DNA from: the human T2T-CHM13v2.0 reference genome, Homo sapiens
Reading direction: 5' to 3' (one strand)
Length of the DNA stretch: 64,000 nt
Assembly (NCBI RefSeq): GCF_009914755.1
Contig: NC_060945.1
A program made the translations under genes and the position numbers. This document shows, piece after piece, positions 27,413 to 40,300 of this stretch (the first letter of the stretch is position 1; the number at the start of each line of letters is the position of its first letter). A model generated the notes under the pieces. That model did not search any database. It saw only the letters and a list, made by a program, of their open reading frames with translations, and was not told the origin of the DNA.

Positions 27413-30369
27413 TAAATTGGTTTTTAATGAGATTTCATGGCTTGAGTCTGGCTGTGTGCATTTACTCTCATGCTCACACATTGTGGAAGCTTGTGCATTC
27501 TGACTTCCCTCAAGTAACTCTTTTTCTACCCAAGATGTCGAATATAAAGCCCACATCTGGCGCTGGTGGGTAGAACTTTTAATTCCCATCTCAATAACAG
27601 GACAATCTTTATTGCTGGAAGTTCAGTCCCATCTTCTACCACCCAAGAATCTTGCAGCTTAGACTCCCTCCCGGTGCAGTTTATAGCCCAGATTCATGGT
27701 AGACGCCTTAACCCAAATTCCCCAGGCCTTCTGCTCTAACTCTGGCTTCTTGTTTCAGCACCTAGAGATCTTCCTTTTCCAACCCTCCAGCTCATCTGTG
27801 GACTTTCCTGTTTTTGTTATTTTTGTAGTAGAAGGGGACTTTCCCAATTATCTCAGTTGGCCATCTTTACCAGAAGTCTAAAGGAACTTTGGAACTTTAG
27901 AGGAAATAATTCACAGGCAATGCTTTCCCCTCAGCCTTTAATTGGATGTTTTTCCAGCCATACATCTCTGCATCCAAGTCCCACAAGAGCAAGCAAGTGC
28001 CTTCATAACAAGACAAAAAAAAAAGACAAAATATTCACTAAAGCAAAAGCCAAACCTTACAGAAACTACTCTAAAAGAGAAAGCACCATGTGAATAAGCA
28101 AGTTTCAATGTTCTCAGTGAACACTAGTCTTGGTATCTTCTACATGCTCATCAAAGGTAAGATGCTGGTTAAGCAAAAGGAAAGTTTCTGCCTTTGTGTC
28201 CTTGGCCCAAAAGCGAAAGAACTCATAATATAGGAAGCACCATTTTTCTTGTAAATATAATTTGGAGAAGAGCACTCTTTCTTTGCAATTCCTCCCCTTC
28301 ACCCCAACTCTGGTCAGAAACTCTGAGCAGTTGTGTGTGTTTGCAAAGCTGAATGAGCCTGAAGTTGAGCTGTTCAATAATGTACAATAGAAATGTTAAC
28401 TGCCGTATTGATTTTTTATTATGTTTGTATTGCCTGTTTAATTTTATTTTCCTTGCAGGAAATTTTTTAATCAAAAATCCAGTTATTGAAGAGCCCCATA
28501 AGCCAACCGATGCTGGTGAGACTGGAGGAAGCATAGGCATTAAGTCTCTCCTGGTTATTCCCTCTTCCACCTTCACCCACTCCCAGTCAGAGTTCAAAAC
28601 TGAAACCTCCTCCAACTGAGAGTAAATGCATGTGACCTTCAGTTCCACAGAGGTTAACCTACTCTGATTAACTTTTCCATGTTATTCCATTAAATAAAAA
28701 CAGTTTTGACACCCAGAGACTAAAGCATCCTAGAGATAATATAATAACCCTATGCAATCATTTCAAATTGGATTGTAATAATTCATTTAGGTGACCATAC
28801 ATATTTGTTATATGTAATATGAAACATCGCAAAATGAAATCAATAGAAATGTTTCTTGTTAATGAAGATATACTGGGCTGTTATGTGTGGGTTGTGGACT
28901 CAATACCCACAGAAATCTTATTTGTATTATAAATTTCAGGGTATCCTGAGAGTTACAAATGAAGATAGCATTTCTTAAAGAAGCGATAGCTGGTCATTTA
29001 GAAAATTATATCATAAATTTTATGTCATTTCTTGGTCTTTCAAGGTCTTTGCCCAGCAACATAGTCTTGTGATTTAGGTAAAAATTCTGGCTGAGTGATT
29101 ACATTCAACTATTTGCAAATGGACTTTTGCCCAAACTTTCATTTTTACATTCCAGATTTTAAAATAACTTAACTTTAGTAAGTCTGAAGATTTTACCTTA
29201 TATTTTAATACAGATTGTAGAATATTTTATTCCTCAACATAAAAACTGAAGACACAGAGGCGGCGACAGATAGGTATAGGTTATAGATACAGGTATAGGT
29301 ATAAATATATAACTATATACATAGGTACAAGCCAATTAATGAGACTATGATAGGGTTTCACTGGAATGCTACCTTTAACTTCACATATGAAATATAATAT
29401 AGAGTGTACATGTTTATATATAAATAAAATAAGATTTTTAAATTTTGCATTAAGTAAACTCATATAGCGTTTTAGAGGCAAATTTTAATAAGTTCTTCTG
29501 CATTTTGAATGATATCACAGTGAGATTTCACCATGGCAAATATCTGCAGCAGGAACAAAGAATTAATGAATTAATGAACTATATGAATCTATTTATACTT
29601 CTGTTGTCAAAGCTCGTATTCTTACTTCTAGTGAGACCTCACTTACACCTTGAATAAGACCCATCAGATGACCCTCACCTCTAGTAAGAATGCAGAATTA
29701 TAAAATGCAAATAGAGTTATTTGCAATAAATAAGTGGTCATGCTAGAAAATACAAATTTAAAACAGGTTCATAACAAATAACAGTAAGCATTTTTCTTCA
29801 TCTATTACCTGTTTTCTTGGTGCTACTCTCTTTTCTGCCATACCTCTGGAATCCTCAATTTTAAATAACTGCAAATTTGCTTTTAGATAAAACCAATTCT
29901 TAACCTGCCTTAACTGATTCAATAATTTTAATCTGAAATCTGGTTCTACCTGCCTCCCTCATGAGCCTGTTGGATTTGGGTGGTGCCCATTCCACATCAC
30001 TAAAGGGTTGTCCACATGGAGAAGGGCTGCGCTTGCCTTTGTCTTTACCTCCTGATTTCTCAGTCTCTTAAATATTTTGAGACTCAGGCCTTCAGGCTCT
30101 GTTGCCCTCTAACTTTCCTCTGCAGTGTTTTCTACCCTCCTCTCCTTAACTGACCCACATTCACTTCAGACTTTGGTTTTGGTGTTTGGATCCTTAAGCA
30201 TCCACATGTACAAGTCACTGTTCCTTGAGGTTCTTCACACTCTTTCTACAAACCACACCTGACACTTTCACCAACAGGAGCTGCTCTGCCTCTGAAACTG
30301 GAAACCCTGAGATTCTCTTTGTTTTCATCCTCTACTTCACTGGCTCTCACTTGTGCTTCCAATCTGTTA

Positions 30370-31682
30370 TGGGGGATCTTCAAAAAGTTCATAGAAAATG
30401 CATACTATGAGGAAACTATGCGTAGATTTCAAACCATATTTTGCACTGAAATAAATGAGTACTAACTTATTACGGCATGTCTGAACAGAATCAAGTTTGA
30501 GACACTAAGAACAAGACATCATTTTGAAAAAAGCCCCTTTCAGAACAATGTGAATTCTGCTAAAATGGACCCAAGAACAAACATTAAATTTATAGTGAAC
30601 CTTTGTGGAAGAATGGTGAAATCATTGATGCTTTACAAAATGGAGACGATGCCACCAAAGAAATCAGCAGTTTACATATGGATAACTTGTTTTTTAAGAA
30701 GGGATGAGACCGCATTGAAGATGAAACCCATAGCAGCAAATCATTCACATCAAATTGCAAAAAAAATTAAATTAAATTAATCTTATTCAGGACCTAATTG
30801 CAAAGAAGTGATCATTAACAGCAGAAACAATAGCTAACACTATAGACAAATCAACTGGTTCCATTTTGAACAAAAATAAATAAATTTTGTTCAAAATTTT
30901 GAACAAAAAGTTAAATATAAGCAAGCTTTCCAGTCCAGTCAATGAGTGCCAAAACTATCGTGCTCAGCTCAGCTGCAGACCAGCGCAGAGCTTTCAATGG
31001 AAATTTTAAACAAGTGCGATCAAGATCTTGAAACATTTCTTCAAAGAACTGTAACAGAAGATGAAACATGGCTTATCAGTACAATCCTGAATGCAGAGCA
31101 CAATCAACAAGTGGACATTGTCCAGTTAAAGCAAGAGTGGACCAGTCAAGAACAAAGGTCATGGCAACAGTTTTCTGGGATGCTCAAGGCATTCTGCTTG
31201 TTGACTTTCTGGAGGATCAAAACAATAACATCTGCTTATTATGAGAGTGTTTTGAGAAAGTTAGCCAAAGCTTTAGCAAAAAATAAAACTAGAAATCAGA
31301 GAAAGCATCACCAGACAGTCCTTCTCCACCACCACAATGCTCCTGCTCATCAAACACAGGAAATCTGGGGAGAGTTTCAATGGGAAATCATTAGACATCA
31401 CCTTACAATCCTGATTTGGCTCCTTCTGGCTTCTTTTTGTTTTCTAATCTTGAACATATCTGTAAAAGGCACCCATTTATCTTCAGTTAATAATGTAAAA
31501 TATGGTGCATAAACATGGATAAATTCCCAGGACCCACAGTTCTTTAGAGATGGACTGAATGGCTGGTATCATCACTTACAAAAGTGTCTTGAACCTGATG
31601 GAGCTTATGTTGAGAAATAAAAATTTTAGTTTTATTTTTATCTTTTAATTCCATTTTTCACGACCTTTTTGAAGTTCCCTTA
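30370..31682 (+). mobile_element. Hsmar2 mariner DNA transposon, near full length
   Basis: TA-flanked TIRs TGGGGGATCTTCAAAAAGTTCATAGAAAATG and CATTTTTCACGACCTTTTTGAAGTTCCCTTA. About 1.3 kb, with a transposase remnant inside. Confidence 0.95.
30550..31620 (+). pseudogene. Disrupted Hsmar2 (DD34D) transposase
   Basis: N-terminus NSAKMDPRTNIKFIV (start codon now GTG); motifs VTEDETW, LLHHHNAPAH and YNPDLAPSGF; ends LEPDGAYVEK*. Multiple frameshifts. Confidence 0.9.
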
Positions 31683-31699
31683 TATTTCCACCTCTTCAA

Positions 31700-33125
31700 G
31701 GGCTAGTTTGCATCATCACAGATTCCAGAATCTCACCCTTCATCCTGGCTCTGCCCTCATCCTGATAACATGTCCAAGCTCTACCTACCTTTAAAAAACA
31801 AAGGCAGTTCCCTGGGCTCCCGTTTCCTCTCTAGTGCTTATCTCTCTCCTGCCCTTCTCAGGGAAATTTCTTGAAGGGATAGCTTACACTTCTTTCTGCT
31901 TCTGCCCTTCCCTCTCACTGCTCAATTTTACCACCACATAAAACTGCTCTGGCCAAAGTCCCCAGTGCCCCATTAATTTCTAAATCCCGTTGAATATGTC
32001 TGTCTGTATTTATCTCTATCCCCTGTGGCTATGAAGTCTCATTTTTGTAACATTTTCATTCCATGAACTCCCAACTCCATGAAAGGTTTCTCTTTTTGAC
32101 ATCTGTTCTTTTTTAACTTTATTTAGATTTTAAATGAACTATTTCAAACATTCACAAAAGCACAGAGAACAGTATGTCCATCTGTCTCTTACTTTCTCAC
32201 CCTCTTTTGTCTTACTGTCTTACCCTCTATAATTGCCTTTGGTGACCTTGTCCACTGTTTTGTCCCCCTTACCCCCAACAGTGTTCACTGCAAGACCATC
32301 CCCACATCTCCTGATCTGTGAGTCTCTCTGTCCTGCTCCTTCTTGCCACCCCCACTGGATGTGCCACTGGCTGCTCAACATAGCTGACCTTTTTGCCACT
32401 CACCAGCCTGCTCTCCTCCTTCATTGTTTCTGCTGACCAGGTCAGAAACATATGCACCCTTCTGGCAAAATCCTGTTATTGGATCTTGGAAATGTCTTTA
32501 TACTCTGTCCCCTTCTCCTATCTGTCCCTCCATATCCCCCTGAACATGGCTTTAATTCAGGTTTTATCCTCCTCATTGTATTTGGTGTAACCGTCTCCTC
32601 ATTAGCCTGCTTTCTGCAGTCTTACCCCACCACCCTCCAATCCATTCTCTACCCATCTACTACACACATCTTTTTTCTTTTTACAATTAAAATCCTATCA
32701 TGTCACTTATGTACTTGGAAGGCATTGGGGACCCTTCCTAAACTCACCATAAGATCTAGACTGTAACATGGGATACTAGCTCCTGCTCAATTCTTGGCTC
32801 CCACTCACAAACCCTCTGCTGTTCCAAGCTAGACCACCTGTCCTTCCCAGAATGCCACGCCCTGGGTTCTTCCTTGGCCACAGGGCTAACTCTTTCTTCC
32901 ATCAGGGCTGCTCTAGTGTGCTTCCTCGTCTGAGTGGCTTTGCCTGCATCTCAGGTCCGGGATGATACCGCCCCTCAGCACACACCTCTGCCATTGCTCT
33001 TACCACGCTGTGGCTACTGTTGGCATATTTGTCTCCCTGACCCATCTGCGCAAGCCCAGAAAGCAGGGACTGTTCTGACCAGGATTTACTGCATTTCCTG
33101 CATCTAGTAGCTGCTCAATAAGTAC
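31700..33125 (+). mobile_element. L2 LINE remnant (RT region to 3' end)
   Basis: AAACTGCTCTGGCCAAAGTC (TALAKV), pyrimidine-rich body, terminus TAGTAGCTGCTCAATAAGT. L2-like sequence at ~29900-30360 suggests Hsmar2 inserted into this L2. Confidence 0.65.
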
Positions 33126-33849
33126 CAAACATATCCTGACTCACACACTTTTTCATATGCATAGAGATGGTATACTGGGACTTACCAGAAAATCAATAAC
33201 ACAGCGAAGGATTGTAAAAACCCCAGCCAGTAAGGGCACGGTGTTCATGATAACTTAAACAAACATTTAAATTGAAGAGCCACACTTTCAGTTGCTTTAA
33301 AGCAAGTCAAATGAAGTTAGCATCATAAAATATTCCCATGTCCTCTAAAGCTATTAATTGGTAACCCATAGGCATATAATCAAATGCTCACTCAAAAGGC
33401 TGAATCCTTGTCTAAGCACAGAAAACTGGAGCCTGATTTCTGTGCATGAGGTGATGCACCAATGACAAACCTTTATACCAGAGCACGACTCTGAAATTGT
33501 TCACATTGTGTTGCTGTGTGACTATGGGCAGAAATGCAGACCTGGCTATTTAGAGGAGAAAGAGGAAGAAGGGCAGGATCTACATCTAAGAGCCCGTGCC
33601 CCCAATTGGCTAAGAATCACAGTTAAACCAAGTGCCTTATCCCTAGAGTCTGGGGAGGCAAAGGCTTGTCTTCCTCTCATCAAATAATATATATTTACAT
33701 TCCCCTACTAACTTGCCAGTTAGAGTAACTGGATCACACTAAGAAAACTTATTTCCTTTTCTTTGATTAATAAGCTCAAGATTATAATGTATTGAAAGTG
33801 AATATATTATTGTATATTCTCCAGAGATAGATTCCCATGCAACCTGGTT

Positions 33850-34295
33850 ATTCTTTCTTTGTTCCCCCAACAAGTCAAATTCTCTGGTCTTTTCTTCCAT
33901 GTTTGATGTCCCAGGAGTCTAGCCCTATAAATGTCACCAATGGGCCTCCTTGCTCTGAGTCTTCTGCTTGGGCTCAACCAAAGGGAGGCACTGTCAGGAG
34001 ATTGGGGCTGGAGGGGAGAAAGGCCAGGACACTTATTCCTCCACATCCTCTGTGCCAACCCTCAGTCTTGCCCCTAGCTGCGCTCCTCTGCCTGTAGCCC
34101 CAAGCCCCATCAGGAGAGGCCTTTCCCATACATCTCATCTACTCGCCCTGTCCCTTCAGGCCCCAGGGCACTAACAGATTTCACTGATGCTCCCCACTGG
34201 GTACACCACTGCCTTGATTCCTTTACCCCTTGACCTCTGAAATAGCTTCTTCAATGAACTCCTGGAATGGGTCATCTCTTTCCTGCCAGGAATCT
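33850..34295 (+). mobile_element. LTR33-like ERVL LTR
   Basis: GGGCCTCCTTGCTCTGAG..TTCTG.TTGGG.TCAACCAAAGGGAGGCACTG.CAGGAGATTGG and CCCTTCAGGCCCCAGGG. Confidence 0.7.
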
Positions 34296-34444
34296 GCTGG
34301 GGAAACCCTCCTATGTGACTTCCCATTCCATGAGCCTCACTGCAGAAGCCACGCACATATGTGGCGAGACAGTAGCTCTTTGTGCTATGGTCCATGGACA
34401 AGCAGATCTTTACCATGGTCAGTATTAACCCCCAAATCCCTTCC

Positions 34445-34827
34445 CAGAGTTCCCCCAGAGAAAGAAAAACTAACAGCATAGTTTAAGAAATTGGCTTACG
34501 CAATTGTGGGGGCTGGCAAATCTAAAATCTATAAGGCAAGCCAACAGGCTGAGGTAAGAGTCGATTTTGCAGTCTTGAGTTCAAATGCTAGAAACTCAGG
34601 CAGAATTTCAACGTTGCAGTCGAAGAAGAAATTCTGTCTCCATTCAGGGAATCTTGGTCTTTGTTCTTATGAACAAAGACATGTTATAGAAGGAAATGTG
34701 CTTTACCTAAAGTCAATTGATGTAAATGTTAATTATATCTAAAATATACCTTCACAGCAACATCTGGAGTAGTGTTTGACCAAACAACTGTCCTCTAGCC
34801 AGCTGACGCATAAAATTAACGATCACA
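34445..34827 (-). mobile_element. MLT2D-like ERVL LTR
   Basis: AAGAAATTGGCTTACGCAATTGTGGGGGCTGGCAAATC...CCTTCACAGCAACATCT..AGTAGTGTTTGACCAAACAACTG...ATAAAATTAACGATCACA. Confidence 0.85.
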
Positions 34828-35742
34828 TCCATCCACCACATGGATTCAGTTTCCTTTGGGGCAAGGAGGTTTCTCTTTACTTCAAAAGCTATAAGGGCTC
34901 AGAACTCACTTATGTCCTCTGATACAGTTTGTATTCACTTGTGTTCTCTGATACAGGAGTAAGGAAAAGAAATGCCTAATTAAACAACAAAAATAACCAC
35001 CTTCCTACCACCAAAGGAAACCATCCAAAAAGCCATCAGAGCCTGCACAGAGTATGACCCTGTCTTTTTCCTTTTTTTTTTTTTTTTTTATTGACACTGA
35101 TTGGCTTGTGCTTGAAACTGCCCAAGAAATTTAGAAATATAGGCAATAGAATTAGAAGGAGTTTGAACTGTGACCCCAGAGATCAAACCCTGACAACTCG
35201 GTATGTTAAACTGTATTAAAATGTATGGCTTTGAAGGAAGGGATCAATATGTTTTTCTCTGTTTGTGAAGGGCCTGCACTAAATGATAGTGAGAAACAAG
35301 CAGCCCCAGAACACAGATGCAGCCGAAGGATTTCCATGGCTTGTGCTAACTCAACTTGGCTATCTTGATGCAAAGGGAAAATGTGAAGGGCTTCCAGAAA
35401 GAACAGCTGAGATATTTGCTCACTGGTTTATTTGCAAACCAAGAAAGCAGTTTTTAGTTGCGTATGACTTTAACAACCACATCACTGCCTCTTTGGGCCT
35501 GACCCAAGACACTATTTTAACTTACAGTGAAATATGACTGAAACCCAGCTTCTCAGCCTGTGTTCTATGGGAGATCCAGTAGGAGGCTGAAGGGTTTTGC
35601 AATGACTGTTGTCCTCTGCTTGCTGCCACAACCCCCATCAAGACTCCTCTCCCCAAGGTACACCCTTCCTCCCCCACCCCTTCAGAACTAAGGGAGGCAA
35701 CAACTTCCCAAAAGTTCATGGCTGCATTTCCATCCCTTCGTA

Positions 35743-36507
35743 TGAAACCTAATCAACAGTTCTATAGATAATTTTTGGGATAAACACAGAAATTGATCGT
35801 TCTGGTCTTAAAGCTGGAAACTTACATTTGTTTTATCTGAGTTCCTTCTTCAGAAAATGACCTTCAGGCCTCTCAAAGAAGTATCAAAGGGCCAGGCACG
35901 GTGGCTCATGCCTGTAACCTCAGCACTTTCAGAGGCCAAAGCAGATGGATCACTTGAGGCCAGGAGTTCAAGACCAGCCTGGCCAACATGGCGAAACCCT
36001 GTCTCTACTGAAAATATAAAAATTAGCCAGGCGTGGTGGCGCATGCCTGTAATCCCAACTACTCTGGAGGCTGAGGCATGAGAATGCCTTGAGCCTGGGA
36101 GGCAGAGGTTGCTGTGAGCTGAGATCGCAACATTGTATTTGTCTGGGTAACAAAGCGAGACTCTGCCTCCAAAAAAAAAAAAAAAAAAAGTATCAAAGAA
36201 CTGAAACTCAGCAGATCACCACATCCAGACAATGAGATGTGGGGGCCCTCATTCATCATGATTGCTTCCTTGCCCCTCCCTAGTTTCTATTTTCTTACAC
36301 ATTGTTTGGTTTCTTTCATTTCTTCTATGCTACATAAATCCCTAGCTTTAGTCCCTCAGGGAGATGAATTTGAGACTGAGCTCCCATCTCCTCAGCTGCA
36401 GCACCTGATTAAAGCTTTCTTTCTTGGCAATACTTGTCATCTCTGTGATTGGCTTTCTGTGCAGTGAGCAGCAGGACCTAGACCAAACCCCTTGTATTTC
36501 AGTAACA
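35743..36507 (+). mobile_element. LTR47-like solo LTR containing an Alu
   Basis: TGAAACC...GATAAACACAGAAATTGA..GTTCTGGTCTTAAAGCTGGAAACTTACATTTG, with ATTAAA signal. Ends TTCAGTAACA. Confidence 0.75.
35890..36189 (+). mobile_element. AluSz-like
   Basis: Full Alu. TSD AAGTATCAAAG at 35879-35889 and 36188-36198. Confidence 0.95.
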
Positions 36508-36868
36508 TTTACAACCAACAGATGAGGAACCACATGCCAAAAATGTAAAACCATTGAAGTCCTGGGGGAAAAAATCAGTGCCACTAATCCCAGAAATCTT
36601 TGTACCATCTCCCAACAAGAATTATTCTTTAAAACGAGTTCACAGAGGAGTTATGGGGTGGCTTTTTCACAATGTCCTCTGCAAATCACGATGTCATTTC
36701 CTTTTCACTTGCTCTTGTTCCTGCCTGCATTATTTTCTTTCTTTCTTTCTTTCTTTCGTTTTTTAAGACTGCTTTCTGCCTCTGTGGTCATCTTCCTTTT
36801 TTTTTTTTACCATTCTTTTATCAGTTTTCATTCATTATGATCTTAAGAAGCCTCAGTGTGGGCTGTAG

Positions 36869-36895
36869 TCTCTCTCTCTCTCTCTCTCTCTCTCC
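36869..36895. repeat. (TC)n microsatellite
   Basis: Directly visible. Confidence 0.95.
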
Positions 36896-38869
36896 AGAAA
36901 AGCATGCTTTCTTAATGGAAAAGTCTATTCAAATGCAGAGGACCTCTTTACCACGTGCATCTGTTGCAAAATCACCAACTGGAGTATCCAATTATATTAA
37001 AAGGAATTCCACGGAACTATTATCCTAATAGATGGAACACTCCTCCAATAATCATCCACACGAGCCGAAGACCCAGATTCTCTCATCCATGCACCAAAAC
37101 AAAGGACTTTTTTAATAAGAAGCAAACATAAGGGAGCTGCGAGACATATTAAATGCAAGTGGTTTGCTTTTGTGCTGTAATTCCTTAGATAAATAGAGCT
37201 CAAAACTTACTTCCGGAACTCCAGAGCTTTCCTTCCTCTGTGTAAGTTTTTCTTTTGTTATTAAGATGGCTTTGCATGGTTTCAGCTTGCACAGTCATTT
37301 TCATGGTTTCACACCACCAGGCAAAGTGAGGACAGCCCATACCTACAGTGTTGGAGCTACCATGAGAACAAGATGGACTTTTCTTTCTTCCCTTTGTGAA
37401 ATCTCTGCAACTACTTGCTAGAAAGGAGCCAACAGGAAAGAGATGTTGGAAATACAGGGAGAAATGCTGAAGAGCACTTTGGAACAGGTACTTTCCCTTC
37501 TCTTCATGCAGAGAAGCCATCCACTGGACATGGCCGGATGATAGCTCTTATGGAAATCCCCATCACTGGCAAGGGCGTGGCTACTGGGTCCAGGTGCCTT
37601 AGATGCAGCCAGCAGGATGCACAGATTAATATTTTTCTTTCCCAAAGAGAGGACTGGGGCTTTGATAAGGGATTTCTCCAGCGATACACAGCTGGTAAGG
37701 ACAGTCAGTAGCTGGCACACCTCTCTCAAGACCTGACAGTAGTGTGAGTTAGGGACCCCCCTCTGCCCCGGATGTCAGTCATTTTTGGGTTGCAGCTTAC
37801 CCACTCCACACTGACATGCTTGGTTTATTCTCTGCCTGCCCATCCAGGCTGTGAGCCACCAAAGTGGGAGCAGGTATCGTTCCCTCCTGAGGACCCTTGG
37901 GCCTACTGCAGGGCCTGGCTCAGCAAAGGCAAAAGTGAGTAGTCCAGGAGTGGGTCCCTGCCCTGGCTGAGTCTGGGCATCTGTCTGACCCTGTACCCAT
38001 GACCTCTGTAAGCCAAAGGTGTCTATAGATCCCTCTGTCCCCTGTCCCCTCCAAATCTGGCCACTTAAGGACTGTCTTTCTTGCTAAACCCCTACAGTGT
38101 GCTCTGGCTGGATCATTGCTCGTGGGGCATCCCTTCCTTTCTCAGCAGCCAGCGTGCCTTCCTCGTGCTCATTCCACACCTGCCTCCACCCCACAGAGGA
38201 GAGGCTCGGCCACAGCCATGGCTGAAGTGAGGAAGTTTCAAGTCCATCAGGGCATGCTCCTCACACTCACACATCACAGACGGATGCCTTCTTTGGGTAC
38301 CCTGTGCTACCAGCCTCATACTCACTCTGTCCCGTGCCCTTGCTCTTTTAGCATTTGGGACATACAGTAGCTTTGGAGCTGCTTTGCCTCCTCCTTTCCC
38401 TTCTACCCTGGTTCAGATCTATAACCATCTTCTCATGTATTTCCCACAAATGCCAGTCAAGGGCGCCTTGGGCACAGGGCAGACTCCATCCCAGAGTCCC
38501 CCAAGGTTCTGCTTCCTGATTCATTTTTTTTTTCTAATCACTTAGTTCTACCTGGAGCATTTAATAACATTCTGTACAGAGCATTTACTTTTCCAGTGTT
38601 ACTGCTTCTCTCAGCACCTGTCAAGGGAAGCTCTTCTCCACTGGCCCACAGCTGAGCAAATCCCTGAGCAAAGACTTTATCTGACTTGCCAAGAACCACC
38701 GAGCCATTCAGTGACACTCAAGCATAGAGATGTTATGCTAAAATCTCCTGTCTCTCAACTATGGGCACCTTCTCTGGTCTCATGGAAACAAGGACAGCCT
38801 TGGTAGAAAGAACAACATTACATAGCAAGGGCACATTGTGTGGCATATATGTATAGTTTGATGCTTAAA

Positions 38870-39070
38870 AGTACTGTCACTAGAGTGAGACTGACCTCGT
38901 TTCAATCCAGTTCACCTGTGTCTTAGCTGCATCACTTCGTGCAGGTTAGTTAACCTCTCGGGGTCCTAGTTTCCTTATCTGTTGCATGGGAATATCACCT
39001 TGCAACACTGAGAAGATAAATAACAAAAAGCTTAATGCAAGGTCCAGCATAAATGAAGTGGCAATTATCA
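38870..39070 (+). mobile_element. MIR
   Basis: TTAGTTAACCTCTCGGGGTCCTAGTTTCCTTATCTGTTGCATGGGAATA core. Confidence 0.7.
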
Positions 39071-39889
39071 TGATTAATTTAAAGAAAATAACCATATGAC
39101 TGAATTGACCTAATTAAAACAGAAACAGGAATTGGAAGACAGGTAGAGCAAAAGCTACCTCTTCCCTGTCATCCCTCCGGGAGCCCCACGTCTTTTTCCT
39201 CTGCTCTTCCCCTTGGCGCAGCTCCTCTAAGACTCCCTCCCACCTGCAGCCTCTACAACTTCTCCCATATTTACTTTCTTGAGGAGCTCAAGTGCTTCAA
39301 GGTTTCAACTCTTGTTGTTGTCATTGCTGATTAAATTGCACATATATGATCTCCTTTCTCTTCCCAGTTTCTAGGTTCTTCCTGTCTATGTCAATGTTTC
39401 CCAAAATTGTCTGGTCATAAAACTCATGGGGGTAGGGAGAGGACTTGTTTTAAAATCTCTGAAGCCCAGGTTTGCTATGAGTGCAGGAATGTGCAAGTTT
39501 AACAGGTCTCCTAGAGCGAGCCCACCACCAGGCAAGGCTGAGATTAACCAACTTGTTGACCCGAGCAATCATGGTCTCCAAACCCCAAACCAAGTTGCAT
39601 GACTGACAAAGGAATTTGCACTGTTTTCTTTTGTAACAGCAAAAGCAGAGGGGAAGAAAATGTGAAGCCCAAAACACCAGAATGTCATATTTCTATAGCT
39701 TATGAAGACAGCAGGGCACTTTAGATCTTTAGAAATACGGGATCTTTAGAAATATGTGATGTTCGTATGGCCACCATATATGCAGGACACCTCTACTGAG
39801 AATCACAAGATTTAACACTAAATGTGCTTATTATTAGTTAGAACACCTTTGGCTATGACCGGTATGCTATAACAATATAGACACTGCCA

Positions 39890-40300
39890 CTCATTTAGCA
39901 AGATGTCTAAAAGTAGGTGGTCCCAGGAGAGTGCGGGGCAGCTCAGCAGTGCCATCGATGGAGGACCTAGCATCTTGTGATCTTTCTGCCCTGTGCTTCT
40001 CAGCACACTGGCTTTTCAACTCAAGGCTGCAACACAGATGGGAGCTGCGGTTCCAGCATCATCCCATCATTTCACAAACATTTTCAATTCAGGAAGAAGT
40101 GCCAAGCCAACTTGCCGTATTCTCTTTTGTAAAAACTTGACAGGCAGGGAGGGGGGCAGATTCTCCCTAAAAGCACTTGCCCTTGTGCCTTAGTGGGTAG
40201 AACTGAGTCACAGGCCCACCACTGCAACACTCACTAGCAAAAGAGAATGGGATTATTTAGTTTGCTTTAACCTAATCATGGTTCATCCCCAAAGCTCATC
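39890..40300 (-). mobile_element. Old MLT1 (J/K/L-type) LTR
   Basis: CAGATGGGAGCTGCGGTTCCAGCATCA and GAACTGAGTCACAGGCCCACC...TCACTAGCAAAAGAGAATGGGATTA. Confidence 0.6.

Noticed and set aside
30946-31512. 188-aa ORF as a functional transposase or SETMAR-like gene
   Set aside because: It drifts in and out of the transposase frame, two catalytic aspartates are lost, and there is no SET domain.
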